From positions 30,345 through 94,344 of IMG/VR virus record IMGVR_UViG_3300038393_001444: a stretch of DNA of 64,000 nucleotides; one strand, 5' to 3'. The notes below the pieces were generated by a model. That model did no database searches. It had not been told where the DNA came from and saw nothing but the letters and a program-made list of their open reading frames with translations. This document shows, in pieces, positions 9,817 to 18,742 of the stretch. The translations under genes and the position numbers were made by a program. Source of the DNA: a virus. The stretch's first letter is position 1, and each line of letters begins with the position of its first letter.

Positions 9817-10229
9817 TGGCGAACTTCCTGCACATGGGGAATCCGGCGTTGCCGAATCAGTTCGGCACGACAGCCTATCCAGCCTCGCGCGGGCGGTTCA
9901 CCACGGCCAACGGCTGCGCGGTCGGCAGCCAGTCGCTGCCGACCGATCAGATCGGCAATTACGCGCTGACGATGACGAACATGGTGCCGGGCTCGTCCTA
10001 CGAGATCGAGCCGTATGCCGGCGGCGCATCGATCGCGCTGGGCACGGCGGATGCGACCGGCCAAGTCACATTGAATATCCCGGTCTACCCGGGCGGCAAT
10101 AGCGCCAACACGCTGCGCGTGAAGGTGCGCCAGGGAACAGTAGCGCCCTACTACCAACCGTATGAGACGCAGGTGATCGCCAGCATCGGATCGTCCTCGC
10201 TCTATATCAACCAATTGCCGGATCAGTAA
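9816..10229 (+). CDS. Ig-like virion protein
   Basis: TAATG overlap; beta-sandwich-like composition. Confidence 0.65.
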   Translation: MANFLHMGNPALPNQFGTTAYPASRGRFTTANGCAVGSQSLPTDQIGNYALTMTNMVPGSSYEIEPYAGGASIALGTADATGQVTLNIPVYPGGNSANTLRVKVRQGTVAPYYQPYETQVIASIGSSSLYINQLPDQ

Positions 10230-10231
10230 AT

Positions 10232-11737
10232 ATGACGATCAATAACGCTGATTTCACGATCTCCTACAACAGCGGCACGTCCGCCTACGATATCCGGCAT
10301 ACCGGCGCAGGCACGACGATCTACTCGGTGCTGGATCTGCATGCATGGCTGCAGGATCTGGCCGATAACGCGACCACCACCGGCTCGGAAAACTTGTCGA
10401 TCCTGTCGGCGAACCCGTCGAAGCTGGATGGTCCGCGCGATGCCACGGTGGCGTCCCGCCTGAACCTGATCAACAGCTTCAACATCGATGATACGACCGC
10501 GCAGTATTTTCAGAGCGGATCGATCAAGCAGGCCAGCGGCAATACGCTGTATTCCGGCGTCAAGGCGATCGGTAACTTCGTGGCCGGCTCGCCGTTCTAC
10601 GTGGTGCAGAACGGTGCCAAGCTGACCTCGTGGTGGGCGGCCGGCTCGCTGCAGACGCTGATCAAGGTCAAGGTCGGCGGCGCGTGGATCAACAGCACGA
10701 TCGCCGGCGGCGCAACGGGCACCGGCTATATCACGGTGTTCTCGCGCAAGTGGGGCCAGACGTTCTCGCACTTCGACGTGGACATGAAGCCGGGCGGCGA
10801 GAACGCGGCCGCTATGTCGACGGCGGTCGATCCGGCCGCCAACGGCGTCACGCAAGCCACGGCGCTCGGCTACGGCAGCGGCGACGGCACGACCACGCCG
10901 AAGATCACGGTGGCCCCGACCACGGCGCAGACCGGCATCAACATCGGCGATGGCGTGACCGGCAACTACACCGGCACGATCACGATCAGCCCGGCCGGCT
11001 CGCTCACGGTGCAGCAGATCTACCTGTATCTGCAAGCGATTTGCGCGGATGGCTCGGCGGTCAACGTCGGCACCACGCCCGGCTATATGTTCCGGGGCCT
11101 GTCCACGTTCCCGGAAAACACCGGCGCGCCGTTCGGCTCCTTCGCCGGCGGCAAAATGTTCTTCGCGCAGGGCTGGTATGTCACCGGCTTGGCCCCTGCC
11201 GATGCGCTCAACTATGTGCTGACCGATAACGCCGGCACCACGCATCAGAAGCCGGCGGTGGGCTCGATCCAAGTGGCGAACCTGTCGCAGTACGATTACG
11301 TGCTGGTCGGCCGCGATAGCGGCACCGACATGATCACGAATGAATACACGGTCAACGGCGCGACCACGTCCAGCACCACGGTCACGATGAACACGACCAT
11401 CAAGGCGGATACGCCGGCTTCCGGCATCATCCGCATCGCCGGCGTGCCGTATGCCTATACCTCGTGGTCCGGCTCGACCTTCACCTTCGCGGCCGCGCAG
11501 TCGATCGCCAATGGCGCATCCGCCTGGGTGCCGTTCATCGACACGTCGATCTCGAATGCCGGCACCGGCCAGAGCGTCAGCGCATCCTTCACGTTCAGCG
11601 CCGGTTTCAACTTCCGCATCCGGGTGCGCTCGGGCACGGGCACCGGCGGCTCCACGCCGATCATCCCGTTCGAAACCACGGTGGCGGCCTCGTCCGGCGC
11701 GGCCTCGGTCAACGTGGTGCGCACCGCCGACGTATAA
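10232..11737 (+). CDS. Beta-rich virion structural protein (501 aa)
   Basis: Biased codon use, T/G/S rich, N-terminal SVLDLHAWLQDLAD motif. Confidence 0.75.
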   Translation: MTINNADFTISYNSGTSAYDIRHTGAGTTIYSVLDLHAWLQDLADNATTTGSENLSILSANPSKLDGPRDATVASRLNLINSFNIDDTTAQYFQSGSIKQASGNTLYSGVKAIGNFVAGSPFYVVQNGAKLTSWWAAGSLQTLIKVKVGGAWINSTIAGGATGTGYITVFSRKWGQTFSHFDVDMKPGGENAAAMSTAVDPAANGVTQATALGYGSGDGTTTPKITVAPTTAQTGINIGDGVTGNYTGTITISPAGSLTVQQIYLYLQAICADGSAVNVGTTPGYMFRGLSTFPENTGAPFGSFAGGKMFFAQGWYVTGLAPADALNYVLTDNAGTTHQKPAVGSIQVANLSQYDYVLVGRDSGTDMITNEYTVNGATTSSTTVTMNTTIKADTPASGIIRIAGVPYAYTSWSGSTFTFAAAQSIANGASAWVPFIDTSISNAGTGQSVSASFTFSAGFNFRIRVRSGTGTGGSTPIIPFETTVAASSGAASVNVVRTADV

Positions 11738-11746
11738 GGGTAAGGC

Positions 11747-12205
11747 ATGATCTTCACGCCGAATTGGTCGAGCAAGATCATCGACTGCGACAGCAGCATT
11801 ACGGATATTCCAGCTGCCCACCTTGCATTGCGGGCGCTGGAAGTCTCGCCCACGGGCATGCTGTATCCGCCGATCTGCACGTACAAGGAATTGCCGCTCG
11901 GCGGCGGCGCGGTCTTTCCGGCGCTGCAGTTCATCAACGGCTACACGCTGCGCTTCCCGAATGCCGGCAATTACACGATCTCGGGCGGCAATCTCACGGC
12001 CACGATCAACCCGGTGGCCGGGGTGTATGTCGAGCGCGCGAGCTCGGCGGCCTATGCGGTCACCGCCGTGGGCGGCGGCAGCGGCACGAGCAGCGGCACG
12101 ACGGTCGCGCCGGATGACGTGGCCAATGCGGTATGGGCGCACCCGTTTGCGGCAACGCTGCTCACGATCAAGAAATTCCTGAGTTTCAACTTTCTGGATA
12201 AATAA
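11747..12205 (+). CDS. Hypothetical virion protein
   Basis: RBS, in operon; ends with VANAVWAH motif seen in phage appendage proteins. Confidence 0.7.
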   Translation: MIFTPNWSSKIIDCDSSITDIPAAHLALRALEVSPTGMLYPPICTYKELPLGGGAVFPALQFINGYTLRFPNAGNYTISGGNLTATINPVAGVYVERASSAAYAVTAVGGGSGTSSGTTVAPDDVANAVWAHPFAATLLTIKKFLSFNFLDK

Positions 12206-12213
12206 GGGCTCCC

Positions 12214-13317
12214 ATGGGCTTGAATGCAAACAAGGCGGTTACGCTCTCGATGACGGTCAAGGCCGGCGGCGCGCCGGTGGCGCTGCCGCTGTCGGACACG
12301 ATCACGGCGGCCCTGTACTCGCCGGATGGGGCCACGCTGCTGTCCTCGATGGTCACGTGCTCGCCTGCCGCGCTGGGCGCGAACTGGCCCGCCGGGCTGG
12401 TGGTGGCCACGTTCTCCGCTGCCGACACGGCCGCCCTGGTGCCGCCGTCCTGCCTGTTGGTGATCACGGACACGACGGGCGCGGTGCCGCGCTCCTGGCA
12501 GGCGCTGCTGCCGGTGTCGATCAACGATGCCACGGCGCTGTTCGACCGCGCCACGGGCATCGCCACGCTGCGCACCGCGCTCATGTCCGGCGCGGCTGGG
12601 CGGCTGCCGCCGGAGACGATCGCCAATGATGATCTGCTGTGGAGCAAGATCAAGGCGGCCGAAGCCGAAGCCGAGCGCCTGCTGAAGACGTTCTTCTCCC
12701 CGGTCAAGGTGCTGCCCGATGACGCCGATCCGAGCGAACTGGCCGCGCTCGATGCGGTCGGGCAGCGCTATGTGCAGGAAGCCGGCTATGACTTCGAGTC
12801 CGGCATGTTCTATCCGGATCAGTTCGGCATGCTGCAGCTGGGCCATCGCCCGGTGATCTCGGTCGATTCGGTGATGATCGCCACGCCGACGCCGTTTTTG
12901 CAAGCCTTCCAAGTGCCGGGCAGCTGGCTGCGCCTGGATGCGCGCGCCGGCGCGCTGCGCTTCTATCCGACCATGACGCCGTTCGGCCTGCCGGCCGCCG
13001 TGGTCGGCATGGGAGCCTGGGCCGCCGGCGATTACCCGAATGCGATCAAGGTCCGGTACACCGCCGGCCTGAAGGATGCGACCAAGGGCATCGGCCCGGA
13101 TATCGCCGACGTGGTGATCAAGATGGCGGTGCTCAAGCTGATGCTGGGCGCGTTCCTGCCTTCGTCCGGCTCGATCTCGGCTGACGGCCTGTCGCAGTCC
13201 GAAAGCGTCAATGTGGCCGATTGGCAGGATCAGATCGATCGCATCCTGTTCGGCCCCAAGGGCTCCAATGGCGGCCTGTACGCGGCCATCCACGGCATCC
13301 AGTTCGGAGTGATCTGA
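12214..13317 (+). CDS. Head-tail adaptor (neck) protein with N-terminal extension
   Basis: IKAAEAEAERLL, LGHRPVISVDSV, IKVRYTAG, SISADGLSQS features; synteny. Confidence 0.7.
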   Translation: MGLNANKAVTLSMTVKAGGAPVALPLSDTITAALYSPDGATLLSSMVTCSPAALGANWPAGLVVATFSAADTAALVPPSCLLVITDTTGAVPRSWQALLPVSINDATALFDRATGIATLRTALMSGAAGRLPPETIANDDLLWSKIKAAEAEAERLLKTFFSPVKVLPDDADPSELAALDAVGQRYVQEAGYDFESGMFYPDQFGMLQLGHRPVISVDSVMIATPTPFLQAFQVPGSWLRLDARAGALRFYPTMTPFGLPAAVVGMGAWAAGDYPNAIKVRYTAGLKDATKGIGPDIADVVIKMAVLKLMLGAFLPSSGSISADGLSQSESVNVADWQDQIDRILFGPKGSNGGLYAAIHGIQFGVI

Positions 13318-13946
13318 TGCGCTTCAATTCCGGCAAGTTCAACACCTTCCTGGGCGGCATTGGCCAGAACGTGCGCTGGCGGCGCGCCTACGCCTGCCCG
13401 TGCTTCGATGAGAATTCCGGCGCGGCGACCTATGGCTGCCCGGCCTGCGCCGGCAAGGGCCATATCTGGAATGATCCGGTCGATTGCGTGGTCGGGGTGC
13501 CGAGCCAGAAGGTGCAAGCGCAATGGGCGCAGTTCGGCCAGTGGGAAGATGGCGATGCGCTGGTCACGGTCGGCAGCGATTCGCCGATGTACGCGGCCGG
13601 GCGCTTCGACCGCGTCCTGTTCATGAATGCCAGCGATGCGTTTTCCCAGCCGCTGCTGCATGATGGCACCGAGCGGCTGAATCTGCCGGTGAGCGCGATT
13701 TCGCGGGTATTCTGGCTCGACGCGCAGAGCCGCATCGTGGAAGGCGGCATTCCGGTGGTGAATGCGGACGGCTCGCTGACCTGGGGCGCGGGCGCGCCGC
13801 CTTTGGGTGTGAAATTCACGATCTCCGGGACCAAGTTCTCGGAATATTTCGTGTTCAATTCGCTGCCGAACGACCGCAACGAGCATCAGGGCATGCCGCT
13901 GCCCACGCGCATGCAGCTGCGCCGCTTTGATTTGCTCGGGCGCTAA
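13317..13946 (+). CDS. Head closure/neck protein with Zn-finger
   Basis: TGATG overlap; CPC..CPACAGKG zinc knuckle. Confidence 0.7.
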   Translation: MRFNSGKFNTFLGGIGQNVRWRRAYACPCFDENSGAATYGCPACAGKGHIWNDPVDCVVGVPSQKVQAQWAQFGQWEDGDALVTVGSDSPMYAAGRFDRVLFMNASDAFSQPLLHDGTERLNLPVSAISRVFWLDAQSRIVEGGIPVVNADGSLTWGAGAPPLGVKFTISGTKFSEYFVFNSLPNDRNEHQGMPLPTRMQLRRFDLLGR

Positions 13947-14800
13947 TCCGCCTGGAAGGTGCGCTTGACCGCCTCGGCAAGCGCGGCTTCGGCTACCGGC
14001 TGCATCGTGTTGGCCACGCCTTCCACGATTTTGAGGCCAGGGCGCTCGGGCACGATCCACTTCGGGCTGCCTTCCATCATCACGCGGAACGTCATGTAGG
14101 CACTGCTCTTCTGGCCGCCTGAACTCGTTTCCATGCGCACCATGCCCGCATACGGATCATGCGAATGCTTCGGGCTGAGTTTCGGCGCGAGCCCGGCCGG
14201 CAGCCGATCGCCCCACGCATAATGATGGCGCGGCACCATCAGCGGGGGCTTGCCGCCGGCGGTCCACGCATTGCCGCTCTGATTCTTCGCCGGGATCATG
14301 CCGAAGGTCGGGCTGATCTCGGTCACTTCGCCGGCCGGGCGCTGGCTTTGGCCCACGACGCTGCTCTTCTCCATCGCGCTCGCCAGTTCATAGATCGCCG
14401 GTGGCATTGCCTTCGCATGGGCATCGTTGCCTGGGGTGTTGTGGCGGAACGGGATCACCATGAAGCGGCGGCCGTCTTTGGTCGTGCGCACCTTGCTGCT
14501 GGTCTGCAGCATCGCCTTCAGATCCTTCGCCGGCCGCCCGTTCTCGATCTCGAAGGCCAGCGCATAGTCGCTGGAGATCTCGGCCGAAAACGGCCCGGTC
14601 ATCTGCATCGTGATCGACTCGATGTAGGGCTTTTTCTCGCCGCTCCATAGGCTCGCCTGCTTCACGCCTTCGATCCACTGCTGTTGCGCGGCCTCGGCGA
14701 CCGCATGCACGGCCTGGGACACCAGCGGCATCAGCTGCTGGGTGAGTGCGCCGGCCGCATTCAAAAGCGGCGCGAGATCAACGGAAATTTGATAGTCCAT
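13943..14800 (-). CDS. Neck/tail completion protein on the opposite strand
   Basis: Good coding ORF; FEIENG..DLK..L, IPFRH, YAGM, YMTFR..WI.P motifs of myophage neck proteins. Confidence 0.7.
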   Translation of the reverse strand: MDYQISVDLAPLLNAAGALTQQLMPLVSQAVHAVAEAAQQQWIEGVKQASLWSGEKKPYIESITMQMTGPFSAEISSDYALAFEIENGRPAKDLKAMLQTSSKVRTTKDGRRFMVIPFRHNTPGNDAHAKAMPPAIYELASAMEKSSVVGQSQRPAGEVTEISPTFGMIPAKNQSGNAWTAGGKPPLMVPRHHYAWGDRLPAGLAPKLSPKHSHDPYAGMVRMETSSGGQKSSAYMTFRVMMEGSPKWIVPERPGLKIVEGVANTMQPVAEAALAEAVKRTFQAD

Positions 14801-14806
14801 GCGCCG

Positions 14807-14822
14807 ATTCTGCCGTCACGCC
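14807..14822 (-). promoter_or_regulatory. Late-promoter motif copy 5 (GGCGTGA-cgg-CAGAAT)
   Basis: Divergent copy; ATG 14800 6 nt downstream. Confidence 0.7.
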
Positions 14823-14829
14823 GGGCCCG

Positions 14830-14845
14830 GTCGTGACGCGAAGAT
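14830..14845 (+). promoter_or_regulatory. Late-promoter motif copy 6 (GTCGTGA-cgc-GAAGAT)
   Basis: ATG 14852 6 nt downstream, no RBS. Confidence 0.75.
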
Positions 14846-14851
14846 TCCTGC

Positions 14852-15694
14852 ATGTCAATCTCGATGATCGTTCCGCTCGCCATCGGCAATGCCTTGCGCA
14901 TTGTGTTCGTGCCGCCTGACGGCACGGTGCGCACCCGCGTCTTGCGCCGGGCCGATGCCGCGTTCACGGATCAGAACGATCCGGGGGCGATCAACGTCGG
15001 CGAAACCGATGGCCATGCCGTCACCGATACCAGTGGCCTGATCAACGGCCAGACCTATTTCTACGCGGCGGCCTTCTTCGATGGCCTGCACTGGAGCCTG
15101 TCGGCGGCTGTCAGCGCGGTCCCGGCCGCGTCGTATTTCGATGCGACGGTCGATGTGCAAACGGTGCTGCGCGACCGCATCGATGCCGGGATGAAGGTGG
15201 AAGTCGCGCGCGGCGCGCTGCTGCCGCAGTCGGGCCGCATCGATGTGCTGACCGCGCCGCCGGTGTTCAACGACAAGCGCCTGCCGATGGTCACGGTGCA
15301 CCTGGAAAACGAGGCCCCGATCCAGCGCGCGCTGGGCGATCAGCCGATTCCGGACGTGTTCGATACGGAAGGCAACGACTGGCAGGAATCCGGCGGCTGG
15401 CTCGGTCGCTGCCAGCTGACGATCGTGTGCTGGAGCCTGAACCCGGATGAGCGGCTGGCGCTACGCCGCGCGCTGCGCCGGGTGCTGGTGGCCAATCTGC
15501 CGGTGTTCTCGGATCTCGGCCTGGATACCGTCGAATTCAGCTTCAACGATCAGGCCGATTTCCAGTCGTTCGGCATCCCGGTTTATCAGTGCGTGTGCAG
15601 CTTCTCCGCGATGTTCGCGGTCACGGTCGCCGATGGCGTGGATGCGGTCACCGACGTGCTCGCGCCGGGCCCGGCGCTGGGCGGCTTCATCTGA
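14852..15694 (+). CDS. Tail terminator/completion protein with N-terminal FN3-like domain
   Basis: DTSGLINGQTYFY FN3 signature; position before sheath. Confidence 0.65.
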   Translation: MSISMIVPLAIGNALRIVFVPPDGTVRTRVLRRADAAFTDQNDPGAINVGETDGHAVTDTSGLINGQTYFYAAAFFDGLHWSLSAAVSAVPAASYFDATVDVQTVLRDRIDAGMKVEVARGALLPQSGRIDVLTAPPVFNDKRLPMVTVHLENEAPIQRALGDQPIPDVFDTEGNDWQESGGWLGRCQLTIVCWSLNPDERLALRRALRRVLVANLPVFSDLGLDTVEFSFNDQADFQSFGIPVYQCVCSFSAMFAVTVADGVDAVTDVLAPGPALGGFI

Positions 15695-15713
15695 CTTTTT
15701 TAAGGGGTTAAAC

Positions 15714-15929
15714 GTGGCAAACGATGCAAATCAGGTTCCAAGCACGGCCGATGCGGCTGCCTCCGAACCGCTCACGCTGGACGAATTCTGCATGCGGTTT
15801 TCGCAGGTCGACCGGCGCGTGGAGTTAATCGGCGCATTCCATTACGTCGAAAAGAGTGCCGGGCGTCAGAAGGACACGGAAGAAGCCTACCGTGCCCGCT
15901 TTGATGCATTTGTCAACGCTCCTGTTTAA
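15714..15929 (+). CDS. Small hypothetical protein preceding sheath
   Basis: GTG start with AAGGGG RBS. Confidence 0.65.
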   Translation: MANDANQVPSTADAAASEPLTLDEFCMRFSQVDRRVELIGAFHYVEKSAGRQKDTEEAYRARFDAFVNAPV

Positions 15930-15939
15930 GGAATAAACG

Positions 15940-17655
15940 ATGAGTGTCTTTTTCAACGGCCGCCTGATCGTATCGCCGACGTCTGCTTCGAACGTCGATG
16001 ATTCGCAGATGGCCAACAAAAACTTGAGCGTTGGCAACGTGCTGGCGCTCATTGGCCCGTCCACGGGCGGCGCGCCGAACACGCCGCTTCGCTTCGGCAA
16101 TGCGCAGGACGCGAAAGCCGCGCTGATCTCCGGCGATCTGCTGGATGCAGTCGTGCGCGCGTTCGATCCGAGCTCGCAAGTCACCGGCCCGCAAACCATC
16201 GTCGCCATCCGCGTCAATCCGGCGGTGCAGGCGGCGCTCACGCTGCAAGACAGCAGCTCGGCGAACGTGATCAACTTGGTGTCGACCGATTACGGCCAGT
16301 ACACCAACCAGATCAAGGTGAAGATCGAAACCGGCTCGACCGCCGGCAAGAAGGCCACGGTCCAGCTGGGCAACAATTACTTCTCGGCCGATAACCTCAC
16401 CCGCAATGCGCTGTCGGTGCAGTACACCGGCGCGAACGCCTCGGCCAACATCACGATCAACAACAGCACGGTCACGCTGGCTTCGCCAACTGGCACCACG
16501 GTGGCCACGATCGATCTGAACACCTACAAGACGGTGCAGCAGCTGGTCGATCGCATCAACGCCGTGTCGGGCTTTACCGCTTCGGTCATGGATGGCAACG
16601 GCAATACGCCGGCGCTCAACGGCCTGGATTCGGTCACCGCCATCGATGTGAAAACCTCGGCCTACACGGTCCTGGCAGTGCTGCAGGCGGTGGTGGACTG
16701 GTTCAATTCCGCCGGCGAAGGCTATGTGACCGCCACGCGCGTCGCGGGCGCGGGCACCCTGCCGACCAACATCGGCTTTACCTACCTGACCGGCGGCTCG
16801 GATGGCGTGACCACGAACACGAACTGGAGCAACGCCTATACCACGCTGCAGCAGGTGGACGCGCAGTGGGTGGTGCCGGTCACCGGCGACGCGTCGATCC
16901 ATGCGATGAACGACACGCACTGCTCCTACATGAGCAACATCGGCAAGATGGAGCGCCGTGGCATCGTCGGCATGGCGCTGGCCTCGACCGATGCGGCCGC
17001 GATCGCGGAAGCCAAGTCGTTGAACAGCGACCGTACTTCCCTGGTGCATATCGGCATGTACGACTACGACGCGAACGGCAACTGGACGCTGTATGCGCCC
17101 TATATCGTCGCGGCGATGATCGCCGGCGCGTTCGCCGGCGTGAATCCGGGTACGCCGATGACCAACAAGTCCCTGAAGGTACGGGGCCTGGAGCGCCAGC
17201 TGCGCAATCCGACCGATACCGATCCGCTCATTCAGGCGGGCGTGATGTGCGTCGAGAACACGAAGACCGGCTACAAGGTCGTGAAATCGATCACCACGTG
17301 GCTGCTGAACACGAACTACAACCGCGTCGAAGTCTCGACCGGCGTGGCCGTAGACTTCGCAGTGCGCAACGTGCGCGAAGCGCTGGACGTGCTGCGCGGC
17401 GAGAAAGGTACGCCGATCCTGCTGGCGCGCGCCGTGTCGATCACCGAATCGGTGCTGCGCACCCTGTCGCAGCCGGAGCCGCAGGGCGTCGGTGTGCTGG
17501 TCGGCGACAAGACCAATCCCCCTTACAAGAACATTCAGGCCACGCTGGTCGGTGATGTGGTGCAGGTGTCCTACCTGTGCCAGCCGGTCGTCGGCGTGAA
17601 CTATGTCTTGTCCACTTGCTTCGCCAAGCCGTACAGCGGCAGCGCGTCGGCATAA
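15940..17655 (+). CDS. Tail sheath protein
   Basis: 571 aa; LTGGSDG motif, IAGAFAG, LIQAGV, VVKSITT sheath C-terminal pattern. Confidence 0.92.
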   Translation: MSVFFNGRLIVSPTSASNVDDSQMANKNLSVGNVLALIGPSTGGAPNTPLRFGNAQDAKAALISGDLLDAVVRAFDPSSQVTGPQTIVAIRVNPAVQAALTLQDSSSANVINLVSTDYGQYTNQIKVKIETGSTAGKKATVQLGNNYFSADNLTRNALSVQYTGANASANITINNSTVTLASPTGTTVATIDLNTYKTVQQLVDRINAVSGFTASVMDGNGNTPALNGLDSVTAIDVKTSAYTVLAVLQAVVDWFNSAGEGYVTATRVAGAGTLPTNIGFTYLTGGSDGVTTNTNWSNAYTTLQQVDAQWVVPVTGDASIHAMNDTHCSYMSNIGKMERRGIVGMALASTDAAAIAEAKSLNSDRTSLVHIGMYDYDANGNWTLYAPYIVAAMIAGAFAGVNPGTPMTNKSLKVRGLERQLRNPTDTDPLIQAGVMCVENTKTGYKVVKSITTWLLNTNYNRVEVSTGVAVDFAVRNVREALDVLRGEKGTPILLARAVSITESVLRTLSQPEPQGVGVLVGDKTNPPYKNIQATLVGDVVQVSYLCQPVVGVNYVLSTCFAKPYSGSASA

Positions 17656-17668
17656 GGAGATCTGAACG

Positions 17669-18100
17669 ATGGCAACCTTGAAATCCAATCAGAACGTCCG
17701 CACGGGTAACCGTGTGGCGATCCTGTTCGGCGGCGTCCAGATCGGCCTGCTGCAGAATCTGTCGCCGAACGATGACTATGGCCTCGAGCCGGCGGCGGGC
17801 ATCGGCGATATCCACGTGCAGGAATACGTGCCGACCGTGGCGCGGCATTCCCTGAGCGCGTCGAGCATGCTGCTGCCGAACAAGAACCTGAAGGCAGCCG
17901 GCATTGCGTCGGAAAACGGCGACGATGCGCTGCAGGGCCTGGTGTTCGATATCGAAATTTACGACAAGTACACCGGCGAACTGCTGCGCAAGTATGTCGA
18001 CGTGTCGTATGGCGGCGGCAGCTGCGAGATCCGTGCGAACGCGATCATCGTGAGCAATGCGCAGTTCATGGCGCGCGACGTGACCTCGAAGGGTCTGTAA
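17669..18100 (+). CDS. Tail tube protein
   Basis: 143 aa after sheath, GIGDIHVQEYVP, RBS AAGGAG. Confidence 0.88.
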   Translation: MATLKSNQNVRTGNRVAILFGGVQIGLLQNLSPNDDYGLEPAAGIGDIHVQEYVPTVARHSLSASSMLLPNKNLKAAGIASENGDDALQGLVFDIEIYDKYTGELLRKYVDVSYGGGSCEIRANAIIVSNAQFMARDVTSKGL

Positions 18101-18106
18101 GACAAC

Positions 18107-18129
18107 GGGGCCGCGCAAGCGGCCCCTTT
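18107..18129 (+). terminator. Rho-independent terminator
   Basis: GGGGCCGC-GCAA-GCGGCCCC-TTT. Confidence 0.7.
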
Positions 18130-18147
18130 CCGTGTTAGGGGATAGGG

Positions 18148-18495
18148 ATGAGAACTGCAGGAAACGGGGATTTCCCGGTCGAAGTCGAAGGCATGGGCCG
18201 CTTCATCTTCGCGCGCAAGACCATGCGCGATGTGTACGCGATTCGCGGCGAATATGCGGCCGTCACGTCGAACAATTTCACCGAAGAGGGCGGCTTTGCC
18301 GATATCGGCGCGCTGGCCTTCATCACGCTCAACCGGCTGATGGTGTCGGCCCCGTCCGACTTCGATCTGGCCGGGCTCGATCCGGTAACGGATGATGATG
18401 CCGAGCCGAAAATCGTGAAGGTATTCTTGGCCCTGCGCGAAAAGGAGCTCTCCTTTCGACCGCAGCCGAAAGCAGACGGCGCGGCAGAAGGGTAA
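18148..18495 (+). CDS. Tail assembly chaperone (G-like)
   Basis: Between tube and tape measure; ends ..ELSFR.. Confidence 0.8.
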   Translation: MRTAGNGDFPVEVEGMGRFIFARKTMRDVYAIRGEYAAVTSNNFTEEGGFADIGALAFITLNRLMVSAPSDFDLAGLDPVTDDDAEPKIVKVFLALREKELSFRPQPKADGAAEG

Positions 18496-18742
18496 GCAGT
18501 TAGCGGGAAGCTATGAAGGCTGGTTTCGCATGAAATACAGCCTTCCGCCGACCGATCCACGGTTCCTGAATGCCACGATAGACGAGATCATGGCCGATTT
18601 CTTCATGCATCAGCACATGGAGAATGGTGGCAAGGAAGTCGTGGAAGATGATGAATACGATCAGGAAGCCATGCTTGCCCGCCTCGACGCCGGTCTGTCG
18701 CTTGATGAATTGAAATTGCCGGATGACTTCGAGGAAATCTGA
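18455..18742 (+). CDS. Tail assembly chaperone extension (T-like), probably reached by +1 frameshift
   Basis: +1 frame open from TCC-TTT-CGA site through WFRMKYSLPPTDPRFL to stop overlapping tape measure ATG. Confidence 0.65.
   Translation, partial: FDRSRKQTARQKGKQLAGSYEGWFRMKYSLPPTDPRFLNATIDEIMADFFMHQHMENGGKEVVEDDEYDQEAMLARLDAGLSLDELKLPDDFEEI

Noticed and set aside
13943-14822. Invertible segment explaining the flipped neck gene
   Set aside because: No flanking inverted repeats or recombinase seen; a dedicated promoter suggests a fixed arrangement
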